From the NCBI GenBank assembly GCA_964016885.1, contig OZ024743.1, forward strand, positions 282,038,001-282,102,000: DNA of 64,000 nt. The letters are read 5' to 3'. The notes under the pieces were generated by a model. It made no database searches. It was not told where the DNA came from and saw only the letters and a list, made by a program, of their open reading frames with translations. The stretch comes from Eledone cirrhosa. Taxonomy: Eukaryota. Within the stretch, counting starts at the first letter, position 1. Every line of letters starts with the position of its first letter. A program made the translations under genes and the position numbers. This document shows, in pieces, positions 29,852 through 41,632 of the stretch.

Positions 29852-30732
29852 TAACAAGTTTCTCAAAACGAGTATCCAGTATAACCTTGCTTTTATTGTA
29901 GATCCATGTTACAAACGTGGTAAACAAATATCCTCGTGACATAACGAGGTATAATCCTGAACCATGAGATGGCGTTGAAAAAGGATTATATTGCTTGCGC
30001 TCAATGTGATTAGTTTGAGGAAAGCCGCCAAAAAGAGGAAGATGGATTTGAGTTCCCTCTTTTATAATCCCTTGACCGGAAGTTACAAGGAAGGTTCTAG
30101 AATTTCAATGGGAAGTAACTCTAGCTACTTCCCTTGTCTAGAGAGCGCTACAAGACTCCTCTCTCAGAGGAAAAGTCGAATAACCAATCGAAGATCATTG
30201 TAGCGAGAACCCATAAGAAATGAGGAGCAAAACAAAAGGTACAAGAAAATGAATGAATAAAAAAAAACATGAGCAAGCAAATAGCAAAAATGAGCATAAA
30301 ACAAGTAATGCATTTTACAAAGAATATGTTTGAATGTAACAATTGATAATGTAACAATTGATAAATCATAGTCAATACAAAAGAGCAGAGAAAATTGATG
30401 CTCAATGGTGAAATCAATGTTTTTCAAAGTCAAATAGTTCATCCATTACTAGTGTGCAGACTTTCTGACACTAGTTCTATCTGAAACTGAAAAAGAAGTT
30501 GTTAATGCCACTACGATGGCATAACGAGGCATAATCCTGAACCATGAGATGGCGTTGAAAAAGGATTATCATGCTTGCGCTCGATGTGATCAGTTTGAGG
30601 TAAGCCGCCAAAAAGAGGAAGATAGATTTGAGTTCCCTCTTTTATAATCCCTTGACCGGAAGTTACAAGGAAGGTTCTAGAATTTCAACGGGAAGTAACT
30701 CTAGCTACTTCCCTTGTCTAGAGAGTGCTACA
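29852..30732 (-). mobile_element. Small LTR-retroelement relic with 216-bp direct repeats (29937-30152, 30517-30732)
   Basis: The repeats are highly similar and start TGTAGC on the minus strand. A purine tract (gagagaggag) precedes the left copy, which continues through AATAAA. The 364-bp interior is non-coding; no TSD found. Confidence 0.6.
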
Positions 30733-31370
30733 CATCCTTTAGATAGGTTTTTGTTTGGTTGGGACAGTATCATATGTGGCTGAAAAACCCAATGCAGGAT
30801 TGACAGACACTGTTGCAGAGCACATATTTATATGTGTTTACTGGTCTGTGTGTACTACTATGCTCCTTTCTGCATGCTAACTTCTCCATAACAACCTCGC
30901 TTTTTCCATCTTCAGGTAGCAGTTCAAGATACCCCTTCATCACACTTAGTCCTCTGCAAGGCTTTTTCAGGATTCTGTATTAATATTGAGAACTTTCATG
31001 TCTCTCATGCAGAAATTGCTGTAGTGCAGTTTGGAATGACCAATGGATATATTCCAATATGCTAGTTCTCCATAGAGGTTATATTTTTGGATACAACCAT
31101 AATGTATATGCTCAAAATTCCAGTATAGAACAGAACTGTTATGTTAACTACTTTATTTTTCAAGTATATGAGGTAGTTAATATAAAATTATTAAACAAAA
31201 ACATTGTCATGGTTTTAAAATATTAAACTTTTGATTATTGTTGTTGTTAATACTATAATACTCTTATTGATATTTCTGGTAATAGCAGAGTGGCAATGTC
31301 TTTCAATTAATTTTCAAAAGAATCAAGCTTTCAAAGAAGATTAATAAAAATATATCTTTGATATTTTACT

Positions 31371-34300
31371 CGGTGCGTACTCACACTCTATGCAAATTAG
31401 TCTGCCCACTACTAATTTTCATAGAAAAAGCATATAACGATATGTGCTTTTACAATTCTCCAGAAGGGCCGGTAGATAGGTAAATATTGCTGATGAGTTG
31501 TAACAACAACGAAACTAGTTCAATATTCCTTGTCTGGCCTTCTGGAGAATAGAGGGAAGGTGTTCCCTCAAAAACCAGTATGACTCTAAAAACCGGTTTG
31601 TCTGTGTGTTTACATACAGAATAGCTGGGTGCTCACAGTAAAGCAACCAGTGAAAGACTTGTTACATATACATATGTATACGTGTGTGTATTCATATACA
31701 CACTAGTATTTCAGTATGCATATGTAGATGTAATTTTTTTTAACTTAATTGTTTAAGCGTCAGTCATACAAAAGTGAGTTACAAACGAAACAAGATTTAA
31801 TTTCGTTTCGTTATTTGTTTTTATCGTCTCCGCTGAACCGGTGCGTACTCACACTCTATGCAAATTAGTCTGCCCACTACTAATTTTCATAGAAAAAGCA
31901 TATAACGATATGTGCTTTTACAATTCTCCAAAAGGGCCGGTAGATAGGTAAATATTGCTGATGAGTTGTAACAACAACGAAACTAGTTCAATATTCCTTG
32001 TCTGGCCTTCTGGAGAATAGAGGGAAGGTGTTCCCTCAAAAACCAGTATGACTCTAAAAACCGGTTTGTCTGTGTGTTTACATACAGAATAGCTGGGTGC
32101 TCACAGTAAAGCAACCAGTGAAAGACTTGTTACATATACATATGTATACGTGTGTGTATTCATATACACACTAGTATTTCAGTATGCATATGTAGATGTA
32201 ATTTTTTTTAACTTAATTGTTTAAGCGTCAGTCATACAAAAGTGAGTTACAAACGAAACGAGATTTAATTTCGTTTCGTTATTTGTTTTTATCGTCTCCG
32301 CTGAACCGGTGCGTACTCACACTCTATGCAAATTAGTCTGCCCACTACTAATTTTCATAGAAAAAGCATATAACGATATGTGCTTTTACAATTCTCCAGA
32401 AGGGTCGGTAGATAGGTAAATATTGCTGATGAGTTGTAACAACAACGAAACTAGTTCAATATTCCTTGTCTGGCCTTCTGGAGAATAGAGGGAAGGTGTT
32501 CCCTCAAAAACCAGTATGACTCTAAAAACCGGTTTGTCTGTGTGTTTACATACAGAATAGCTGGGTGCTCACAGTAAAGCAACCAGTGAAAGACTTGTTA
32601 CATATACATATGTATACGTGTGTGTATTCATATACACACTAGTATTTCAGTATGCATATGTAGATGTAATTTTTTTTAACTTAATTGTTTAAGCGTCAGT
32701 CATACAAAAGTGAGTTACAAACGAAACGAGATTTAATTTCGTTTCGTTATTTGTTTTTATCGTCTCCGCTGAACCGGTGCGTACTCACACTCTATGCAAA
32801 TTAGTCTGCCCACTACTAATTTTCATAGAAAAAGCATATAACGATATGTGCTTTTACAATTCTCCAGAAGGGCCGGTAGATAGGTAGATATTGCTGATGA
32901 GTTGTAACAACAACGAAACTAGTTCAATATTCCTTGTCTGGCCTTCTGGAGAATAGAGGGAAGGTGTTCCCTCAAAAACCAGTATGACTCTAAAAACCGG
33001 TTTGTCTGTGTGTTTACATACAGAATAGCTGGGTGCTCACAGTAAAGCAACCAGTGAAAGACTTGTTACATATACATATGTATACGTGTGTGTATTCATA
33101 TACACACTAGTATTTCAGTATGCATATGTAGATGTAATTTTTTTTAACTTAATTGTTTAAGCGTCAGTCATACAAAAGTGAGTTACAAACGAAACGAGAT
33201 TTAATTTCGTTTCGTTATTTGTTTTTATCGTCTCCGCTGAACCGGTGCGTACTCACACTCTATGCAAATTAGTCTGCCCACTACTAATTTTCATAGAAAA
33301 AGCATATAACGATATGTGCTTTTACAATTCTCCAGAAGGGCCGGTAGATAGGTAGATATTGCTGATGAGTTGTAACAACAACGAAACTAGTTCAATATTC
33401 CTTGTCTGGCCTTCTGGAGAATAGAGGGAAGGTGTTCCCTCAAAAACCAGTATGACTCTAAAAACCGGTTTGTCTGTGTGTTTACATACAGAATAGCTGG
33501 GTGCTCACAGTAAAGCAACCAGTGAAAGACTTGTTACATATACATATGTATACGTGTGTGTATTCATATACACACTAGTATTTCAGTATGCATATGTAGA
33601 TGTAATTTTTTTTAACTTAATTGTTTAAGCGTCAGTCATACAAAAGTGAGTTACAAACGAAACGAGATTTAATTTCGTTTCGTTATTTGTTTTTATCGTC
33701 TCCGCTGAACCGGTGCGTACTCACACTCTATGCAAATTAGTCTGCCCACTACTAATTTTCATAGAAAAAGCATATAACGATATGTGCTTTTACAATTCTC
33801 CAGAAGGGCCGGTAGATAGGTAGATATTGCTGATGAGTTGTAACAACAACGAAACTAGTTCAATATTCCTTGTCTGGCCTTCTGGAGAATAGAGGGAAGG
33901 TGTTCCCTCAAAAACCAGTATGACTCTAAAAACCGGTTTGTCTGTGTGTTTACATACAGAATAGCTGGGTGCTCACAGTAAAGCAACCAGTGAAAGACTT
34001 GTTACATATACATATGTATACGTGTGTGTATTCATATACACACTAGTATTTCAGTATGCATATGTAGATGTAATTTTTTTTAACTTAATTGTTTAAGCGT
34101 CAGTCATACAAAAGTGAGTTACAAACGAAACGAGATTTAATTTCGTTTCGTTATTTGTTTTTATCGTCTCCGCTGAACCGGTGCGTACTCACACTCTATG
34201 CAAATTAGTCTGCCCACTACTAATTTTCATAGAAAAAGCATATAACGATATGTGCTTTTACAATTCTCCAGAAGGGCCGGTAGATAGGTAGATATTGCTG

Positions 34301-35496
34301 ATGAGTTGTAACAACAACGAAACTAGTTCAATATTCCTTGTCTGGCCTTCTGGAGAATAGAGGGAAGGTGTTCCCTCAAAAACCAGTATGACTCTAAAAA
34401 CCGGTTTGTCTGTGTGTTTACATACAGAATAGCTGGGTGCTCACAGTAAAGCAACCAGTGAAAGACTTGTTACATATACATATGTATACGTGTGTGTATT
34501 CATATACACACTAGTATTTCAGTATGCATATGTAGATGTAATTTTTTTTAACTTAATTGTTTAAGCGTCAGTCATACAAAAGTGAGTTACAAACGAAACG
34601 AGATTTAATTTCGTTTCGTTATTTGTTTTTATCGTCTCCGCTGAACCGGTGCGTACTCACACTCTATGCAAATTAGTCTGCCCACTACTAATTTTCATAG
34701 AAAAAGCATATAACGATATGTGCTTTTACAATTCTCCAAAAGGGCCGGTAGATAGGTAAATATTGCTGATGAGTTGTAACAACAACGAAACTAGTTCAAT
34801 ATTCCTTGTCTGGCCTTCTGGAGAATAGAGGGAAGGTGTTCCCTCAAAAACCAGTATGACTCTAAAAACCGGTTTGTCTGTGTGTTTACATACAGAATAG
34901 CTGGGTGCTCACAGTAAAGCAACCAGTGAAAGACTTGTTACATATACATATGTATACGTGTGTGTATTCATATACACACTAGTATTTCAGTATGCATATG
35001 TAGATGTAATTTTTTTTAACTTAATTGTTTAAGCGTCAGTCATACAAAAGTGAGTTACAAACGAAACGAGATTTAATTTCGTTTCGTTATTTGTTTTTAT
35101 CGTCTCCGCTGAACCGGTGCGTACTCACACTCTATGCAAATTAGTCGGCCCACTACTAATTTTCATAGAAAAAGCATATAACGATATGTGCTTTTACAAT
35201 TCTCCAGAAGGGCCGGTAGATAGGTAAATATTGCTGATGAGTTGTAACAACAACGAAACTAGTTCAATATTCCTTGTCTGGCCCTCTAGAGAATAGAGGG
35301 AAGGTGTTCCCTCAAAAACCAGTATGACTCTAAAAACCGGTTTGTCTGTGTGTTTACATACAGAATAGCTGGGTGCTCACAGTAAAGCAACCAGTGAAAG
35401 ACTTGTTACATATACATATGTATACGTGTGTGTATTCATATACACACTAGTATTTCAGTATGCATATGTAGATGTAATTTTTTTTAACTTAATTGT
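31371..35496 (+). repeat. Tandem array of 468-bp hammerhead-containing units (8 full + 382 bp); candidate non-LTR retrozyme
   Basis: Units start at 31371, 31839, 32307, 32775, 33243, 33711, 34179, 34647 and 35115, with only a few substitutions between units; the ORF track lists no ORF here. Confidence 0.97.
31483..31527 (+). ncRNA. Type-I hammerhead ribozyme, copy 1 of 9 (others start at 31951, 32419, 32887, 33355, 33823, 34291, 34759, 35227)
   Basis: aatattg-CTGATGA-gttg-taacaa-caac-GAAA-C-ta-G-T-T^-caatatt: complete core, 7-bp stem I, 4-bp stem II with G10.1-C11.1, palindromic ACTAGT stem III. Stem I is extended by attctccagaagggccgg/ctggccttctggagaat (31455-31550). Predicted cut after 31520. 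Confidence 0.9.
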
Positions 35497-35658
35497 ATAA
35501 TTAAGTGGTATTCGTAAAATAACTTGTTAATATGTTCTTACACAAAACTCTTATGGAATTTTTTAAAGGTTTGTAACATATACTGAAAATAGTTTCAGAA
35601 AGGTATGTAAGGAGTCATCAAAAAGTTCACAAAATTTAGTGAATTAATTAAAGGTTAC

Positions 35659-35772
35659 CATATTCTTTAACTTCAAATGTTTTTCCCTTTTTCTGTCCTT
35701 CTGTTTTAATGTTTATCAGCCAATTACCAAGAATAGGATCATCAGAAAGCTGCATTTCCAGGGAAAGTAAGC
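35659..35772 (-). CDS. A2M/TEP-like exon (MG2 end)
   Basis: cacag|...|gtaacc; GLLSLEMQLSDDPILGNWLINIKTEGQKKGKTFEVKEY; 114 nt, phase 1-1. Confidence 0.93.
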
Positions 35773-36262
35773 CTGTGAGAAAAAGCAAAAACTTAAATAT
35801 AAACAATATTTACTTTTTCACAGAGTCCTCAGTTCTACTACTACTACTACTACTCCTACTACTGCTACTACTACTACTACTACTACTACTACAACTACTG
35901 TGACAACTGCTCCTCAGAGTTGGGTGGTTTCATGCTACCTCTATTCAGGCACTCCCTACTCAGTTATGTCTTCTCTTCTTGTCATCTATACTCTATCCAC
36001 TATCACTACCAACCCATGCTCCTACTTGCCACTGCATCCAATCAATCATTTTCACCAATTATTTGGTCTATGGGAATTCCCTCCCTGCCTATCCTATATT
36101 TCGTTTCAGCTGTTGTCAACTTGCAAGAAGAATATTAACCGTCATACTCTGTTGCGCTAATTTTGAAAAGGAGGTTCTAACCCCAAAATATGATAAAATA
36201 TAAGATAAAAGTATCAACTGTTGTTTTGTTTTGGTGTGCTAGAAATTTAGGTAATAAGTTTG

Positions 36263-36342
<80 letters not shown>

Positions 36343-36370
36343 CAAATGGCATAAATGGATAGCGTGGATA

Positions 36371-36410
<40 letters not shown>

Positions 36411-37076
36411 CGCTATCCATTTATGCCATGGATCTTTAAATTTTTGTTGAGAAATAGGGGTATTGTATCATTATAATAGTGATATTTAGTGTGTCTTGAT
36501 TTAATTCACTTCATCTTTTGAGCCTGTGTCCTTCCATTCCCTCTGGAGAATAAGTCATCATCATATTCTTTCCAAGTCTCTAATACTGTTCAGTCCTTTC
36601 TAATAGCTTCTAGTTTCTTTCATCTTTCATCTTTTTGGTGCGTGTGTGTGTGGGGGGGGGGGGGGGGGGGGCTTTGACCCAAATATCTCATCAGTCTTTT
36701 CTCAAAAAAAGGCAGGGTTTTTTTAACTTTCTGTTGAAGTTTTCTGAAATGCTCTTTACACAAAAGAATTTCTAATCCTATGTACAACCTCCAATCTTGA
36801 GGACCAGGCCTGTGTTTAGCAGTTTTTTACTTTATCATGTTATTGGATACCTTAAGCATCCAGGCCTACAATCAAAAGATATCTCCTTCCTTTCCTCATT
36901 TCCTCCTATGAGACTTTACATCAAGGGCTCTGCCCTCGCTTCTCTGATTGAGACATAAAATTGCTTGCTTGTGTTTTATTTGTTGTTTTTTTAAACAAAC
37001 AATAGTACCCTTCTTTGTATCTCTTGGAGGATCCAAGGAAATCAGCTTCATGCTTGCAAGAAAATATTCTACTTAC

Positions 37077-37146
37077 CATCAACATGATGATTCAGCCACT
37101 GGACAATCCGAGTGCCTTTAGGATCAGTAATATATATTTTGTCAAT
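37077..37146 (-). CDS. A2M/TEP-like exon (MG2)
   Basis: gccag|...|gtaagt; IDKIYITDPKGTRIVQWLNHHVD matches the DPxGxRIxQW motif; 70 nt, phase 0-1. Confidence 0.92.
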
Positions 37147-37174
37147 CTGGCAAAATAGAAATAACACAAAGATA

Positions 37175-37745
37175 TAATGTACATGGCTTGTACAGCTCTC
37201 ACAAGCCATTCTTCTACACCTAATTTCCTAAAGGGCCAGCAGATAATAGATCGAGGTACTCTGCCAAAGGCCTTTTCTAGATCAACAAAATCAAAATATA
37301 GTGGTTTATTCTTGGCTAAAAACTTCTCTTGTAGTTGCCTCACTAAGAAGAGGGCATCTGTAGTACTTTTTCCAGGCATGAAACCAAACTGCATCTCATC
37401 TAATTTGACTCTTTCCCTTATTAACTGCACTATAACCCTTTCTGTCACTTTCATAACTTGATCCATTAGTTTTATTCCTTTATTATTGCTCCTTTCTAGA
37501 GCATCACCTTTGCCTTTGTAGCAATATATGATTGTACTGCTGCGTCAGTCATTGGGTGTGACTCCATTCTGATTGAGTATGCAGGTTAGTAGCTCAACTC
37601 CTACTTCTGCCAATGCTTTTATCATCTCAGAAACTATCTCTGACAGTCCTGCAGCTTTACCATTCTTCATCTCTTTGATTGCTTCTTTGACCCTATATCT
37701 CTCAACTTCTCAACTTCAATAGCTGGTCTTTCTGTTGGGTAATTA
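37175..37745 (-). mobile_element. RTE-clade LINE RT fragment abutting an exon acceptor
   Basis: QFGFMPGKSTTDALFLVRQLQEKF...FVDLEKAFGRVPR. Confidence 0.88.
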
Positions 37746-38109
37746 AGATGTATTAATTAAAACTTTATTTAATTTTATTAATATATTATTCAGTTGTTTC
37801 ATATTCGTATATTTTCATCCCATCACTATTTACAATAAAAATTTCTAAAAATAATCCCCACAAAAACCTCTTTATAATATATGCCATTAAAGTGCATATG
37901 TGTTTCAAAAGAGACCTTTAACAACATGTGCCACTAAAGTTTTCCATTCACAAAATGTGCTCCTGAAGATTCTCATTACAATAAAAAAACCACATTGCAA
38001 TTTGTGTCACTAAAAATCTATTTTACAAAATGTGTCGCAAAAAATCTATTTTATAGTATATGCCACTAAAAAAAGAAAAGTCTATCTCATTTTTAACCTA
38101 AATACTTAC

Positions 38110-38162
38110 ATTTCCAGTCCAAGGTTTAAAATGGTGATCGAATAAAAGAGCACGAAATTTCA
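38110..38162 (-). CDS. A2M/TEP-like exon (MG2)
   Basis: catag|TG AAA TTT CGT...GGA AAT|gtaagt; VKFRALLFDHHFKPWTGN continues PGQT-VKFR; 53 nt, phase 1-0. Confidence 0.92.
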
Positions 38163-39914
38163 CTATGAAAATAGAAAAGAAAATTAAGATTGAAATGATT
38201 AACAGTAATACATTAGAACAATCAGCTTTAACCCTTTCATTACTGATTATAATTTTTGTCAAATTTTCTAGCTGACTGTTATATTCAACTACAGTAAAAT
38301 AAAATTATCTATCAAAAAGTGAGAATAGATATTTAACAAGACATATTATTTTGATAATGTAGTGATTTGAACTGTAGCTAATGAAACACTAAAAAGCTTA
38401 TCTAAAATTGACTTCAAAGATATCGCTACATTTTGGGAGAGTCACCCTATCAATAAAAATATGTGCATTATTATTTTGTGAGGGGTGAGGAAGAAAAGCA
38501 GTCCCCATGACACTTTTCAGAGCCTCCAAGGCAGATGAGAGGGAGGGAGGAAAGCATTCTCAAACCAGAAACCTGATCCAAATACTTACAACAGTGGACT
38601 TTGTTATAAGCAATTGCAGGTTAGTGGGTGGTTTTAAACAGATGACAGATTAAGTCTATTACACATGTAGGTCATGGCAGGATTTGAACTCAGAACACAA
38701 AGAGCTGGAACAAATCCCACAAGGCAGCGCATTCAATACTCTTATGACTCCACCAATCCACCACCCTAACATGACACTTTATTTATCAACTCTGATAAGA
38801 TGGAAAGGGAAACTGACTTCAGCAAGAGTTAAGCTCAGAATGCAAGAAGCCAAAATAAATACCAGGAGGTGTTTTGCCTCACAGTTTAACACTTTTGCCA
38901 ATTTGTTACCTAGGGTGGTAGTTGCCATCCATTTTATTATCAGTTATTTGCTTAGTTAATTGAGAATAAAACAGAACTCAACTATAGCCAGTGTGCCTGT
39001 GTACGTGTGAGTGCACATGTGTGCTTGTATATGTGTGTGTATGTGCACATGTGTGTATGTGTTATTGGCAGAATTACCCTCTCAAAGTACATGTTTCAAC
39101 ACATGAGTTCACATGAAGAATCTTGCAAATGAAATACAGAAACAGGACTTCAAAGAGTAATGTGTTAATGTGGGGTTGTGGGAGACATGCTGGAAGTGGC
39201 AGTTAAGCAAATGAAAGAAACCCAGTACTAGTCCCCTTCCACTCACATGACCTCCCTCTTACTCCTATTTCCAATACACCACCACGAAAAGAAGCCCATA
39301 CTTGTCCCCTTCTGCTCACATAACTGCCACTTCTGACATGTGGCTCATAACCCCACAGTTCATTGATGAAATATTAATTGCTATAATTGCTAACTTGGGC
39401 ACAGATCTGTTGCCTCTTCTATCATGAATGTATCAAATGAGGAGTATCAAATTTGTTGCAATAGTGTGGTCTTCAAAATATAATGCCAGCAGCTTAGATG
39501 ACTTGGTCACACATTCAGAATGAACCAGGACGAAAGGTAATAATAAGATGGACACTGCTTAGAAAGTATCCATAGGGTGCTTGGTGAAGAACAGTTTGAG
39601 GTGAGCTAAGAGGAATTTATCTGACATGGGACAAGGCATAGAAAGTTGCTTAAGATTGGCGTGAATGACATGGAAATGTTGAAGCTTTATTTCCCAATTG
39701 AATTAATAATGGTTTCTAATTTAGGCATAAGACCAGCAATTTGGAGGAGTAAGTTGCTTAAATTGACCCCAGTACTTAACTGGTTAGTTATTTTATCGAC
39801 CTCTTAAGGATGAAAGGCAAAATTGACCTCGATGGGATTTGAATGCAAAGAACTGGAATAAATATTAAGTATTTACCTGACACTCTAATGGCTGCCATTA
39901 TGGCACCCTAATAC

Positions 39915-40312
39915 TAATAATGGTTTCTGATATAGGCACAAGGCCAGCAATTATCCCAGTGCATTACTGGTACTTTATTTTATCGACCCCGTAAGGATGA
40001 AAGGCAAAGTTAACCTCGATGGGATTTGAACTCAGACCGTAAAGGACTGTAACTCTATACTGCATAGCATGGCATCAGACTCTCTACCAATACTGCCAAT
40101 CCAATGGTTTCTGATTTAGATATATGGCCAACAATTTTGGGAAAGGGGAAAGTCAATTAAATCGACCCCCAGTGCGTTACTAGTACTTTATTTTATTGAC
40201 CTCATAAGGATGAAAGGCAAAACCAACTTCAGCGTGATTTGAAATTAGAACGTAAAGGGACTTAACTCTATGCTGCAAAGCATGTTGTCCAACACTCTAC
40301 TGATACTGCCAA
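39915..40312 (-). mobile_element. Dimeric tRNA-derived SINE
   Basis: Two consecutive core copies; the same dimer recurs at 46425-46815, with monomers at 45800-45985, 52198-52400 (+) and 62715-62850. Confidence 0.8.
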
Positions 40313-40314
40313 TA

Positions 40315-41632
40315 ACGATTTCCTTATTAACCACACAGGGCTCTAAGGAAACATTAAATATGATACAGGATGATACAGTGTGGCACTTTTTTGGTGTAAA
40401 ATAAAATTTATAACAGAGACTAAAAAAAATAAACATTTAAAAAAAAACATAATAAATTCCCCAAAGGGAGACTCTAAGGGTCACTGATGGAGAAAGCCCA
40501 CAAAAAGCCATGGTTACCCTGTTTGCTAGGGCAAAGTGCCCTCTCCCAGTTGTTCTCTTCCAATCTACAGGCGCATACTCAGAGCGGGCCCATTCACTCG
40601 GACCATACTCACTACTCTCACTCACCTTTCAACAAACTGGTTGGAAGGCAGCACTTCCTTCTTAAAGTGAAACCTGAAAGAGTTAATCAGGGCTCTGCTG
40701 AAGAGGAAAGTGGTTGTCTTCAACCCTTTCAAACATGTCCACCACGCAACCTCTTTCGTCATGGCCACAAGGCACTTAAAAACTGTCTTTCCTTCTCCTC
40801 TAAAGGAAGATGGTGGGGCGATCCTCACAATGGACTCAGTTGATAGTTGGATCCATCCTACACATGATAGTAAGTGCTTGACATAAACCCACAGGTCAGC
40901 AATACTCAATAAGTGCTTGCAGGACAGTTTTGTCGCCCTGCGCACACCTCGGACAGGCTGATGACACTTCCATGACTGTAGAGTTTATCTTGAACTGGCA
41001 AAGTTAATCGGTAGTACTGCCAGGCCAGGGATTTCTGGAAGTTATCCATGGATCCTGGACCAAAAGTCCTCTGGAAAAAGAGTGACTAGTTTATTTTCAT
41101 CAACACTCAGAGTCTCCCCAAGAACCTGAGGTTTTTTTTTTACTACCAAGGTGGAGTTTCCACCAATCATGCTGCCCAATTGGCTGAGGTCACCAAGCGC
41201 TCCCTCTTGGTCTTTGCTTGACCCAGGACTGCAGCTTCATTAAAGAGATGAGCTGGGGAAAAACGAGTTTAGCAAATAGTGGCCGCACCTATTCACAGTC
41301 AAGGAAAAGTTGGAGATGTTGTAGCCTCAGTGCATGTTTGTGCATCATCAGCCACAGCATACCCAATCCTCCACGTAACAGGTATTGACAGTAGATGGAC
41401 CACCTGACTAATGGAACCTGACTCCTCCACAAAAAGCATAAGAGTAGACATTCCAGTGCAGTCAGACGTGGGCTAAGCCAAGGCATGACATTTAGGCGGT
41501 AGTAAATGATGGATATGGTGTACACGTTTGCCACCTCTTCGTGACCTTTCAAAGATAACTTCCTCTCGGCTGTTGGATGGCATAGACATGCCTCTCCAGA
41601 TGCTGAGCTGCAGGCCCACTGACTTTTCCTTG
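40315..41632 (-). mobile_element. Degenerate Tx1/L1 LINE 3' fragment
   Basis: KGHEEVANVYTISIIYYRL...RGGLGM and IADLWVYVKHLLS...INSFRFHFKK, homologous to 50660-52170. Confidence 0.85.

Noticed and set aside
31371-35496. CRISPR array or coding repeat
   Set aside because: Units are contiguous and near-identical with no unique spacers, no cas genes and no ORF; eukaryotic context.
31371-35496. Second hammerhead on the minus strand, or Pol III transcription of the array
   Set aside because: No TCNTCAG on the plus strand of the unit. No convincing A/B boxes, and a 9-T run would terminate Pol III. Other ribozyme classes could not be excluded by eye.
37092-37466. 124-aa ORF as a LINE-host fusion
   Set aside because: The RTE fragment reads through the acceptor in a frame different from the A2M exon; chance juxtaposition.
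38584-38640. Extra gtaagt donor on the minus strand
   Set aside because: The flanking exons already join in frame (PGQT-VKFR) and the adjacent peptide shows no A2M similarity.
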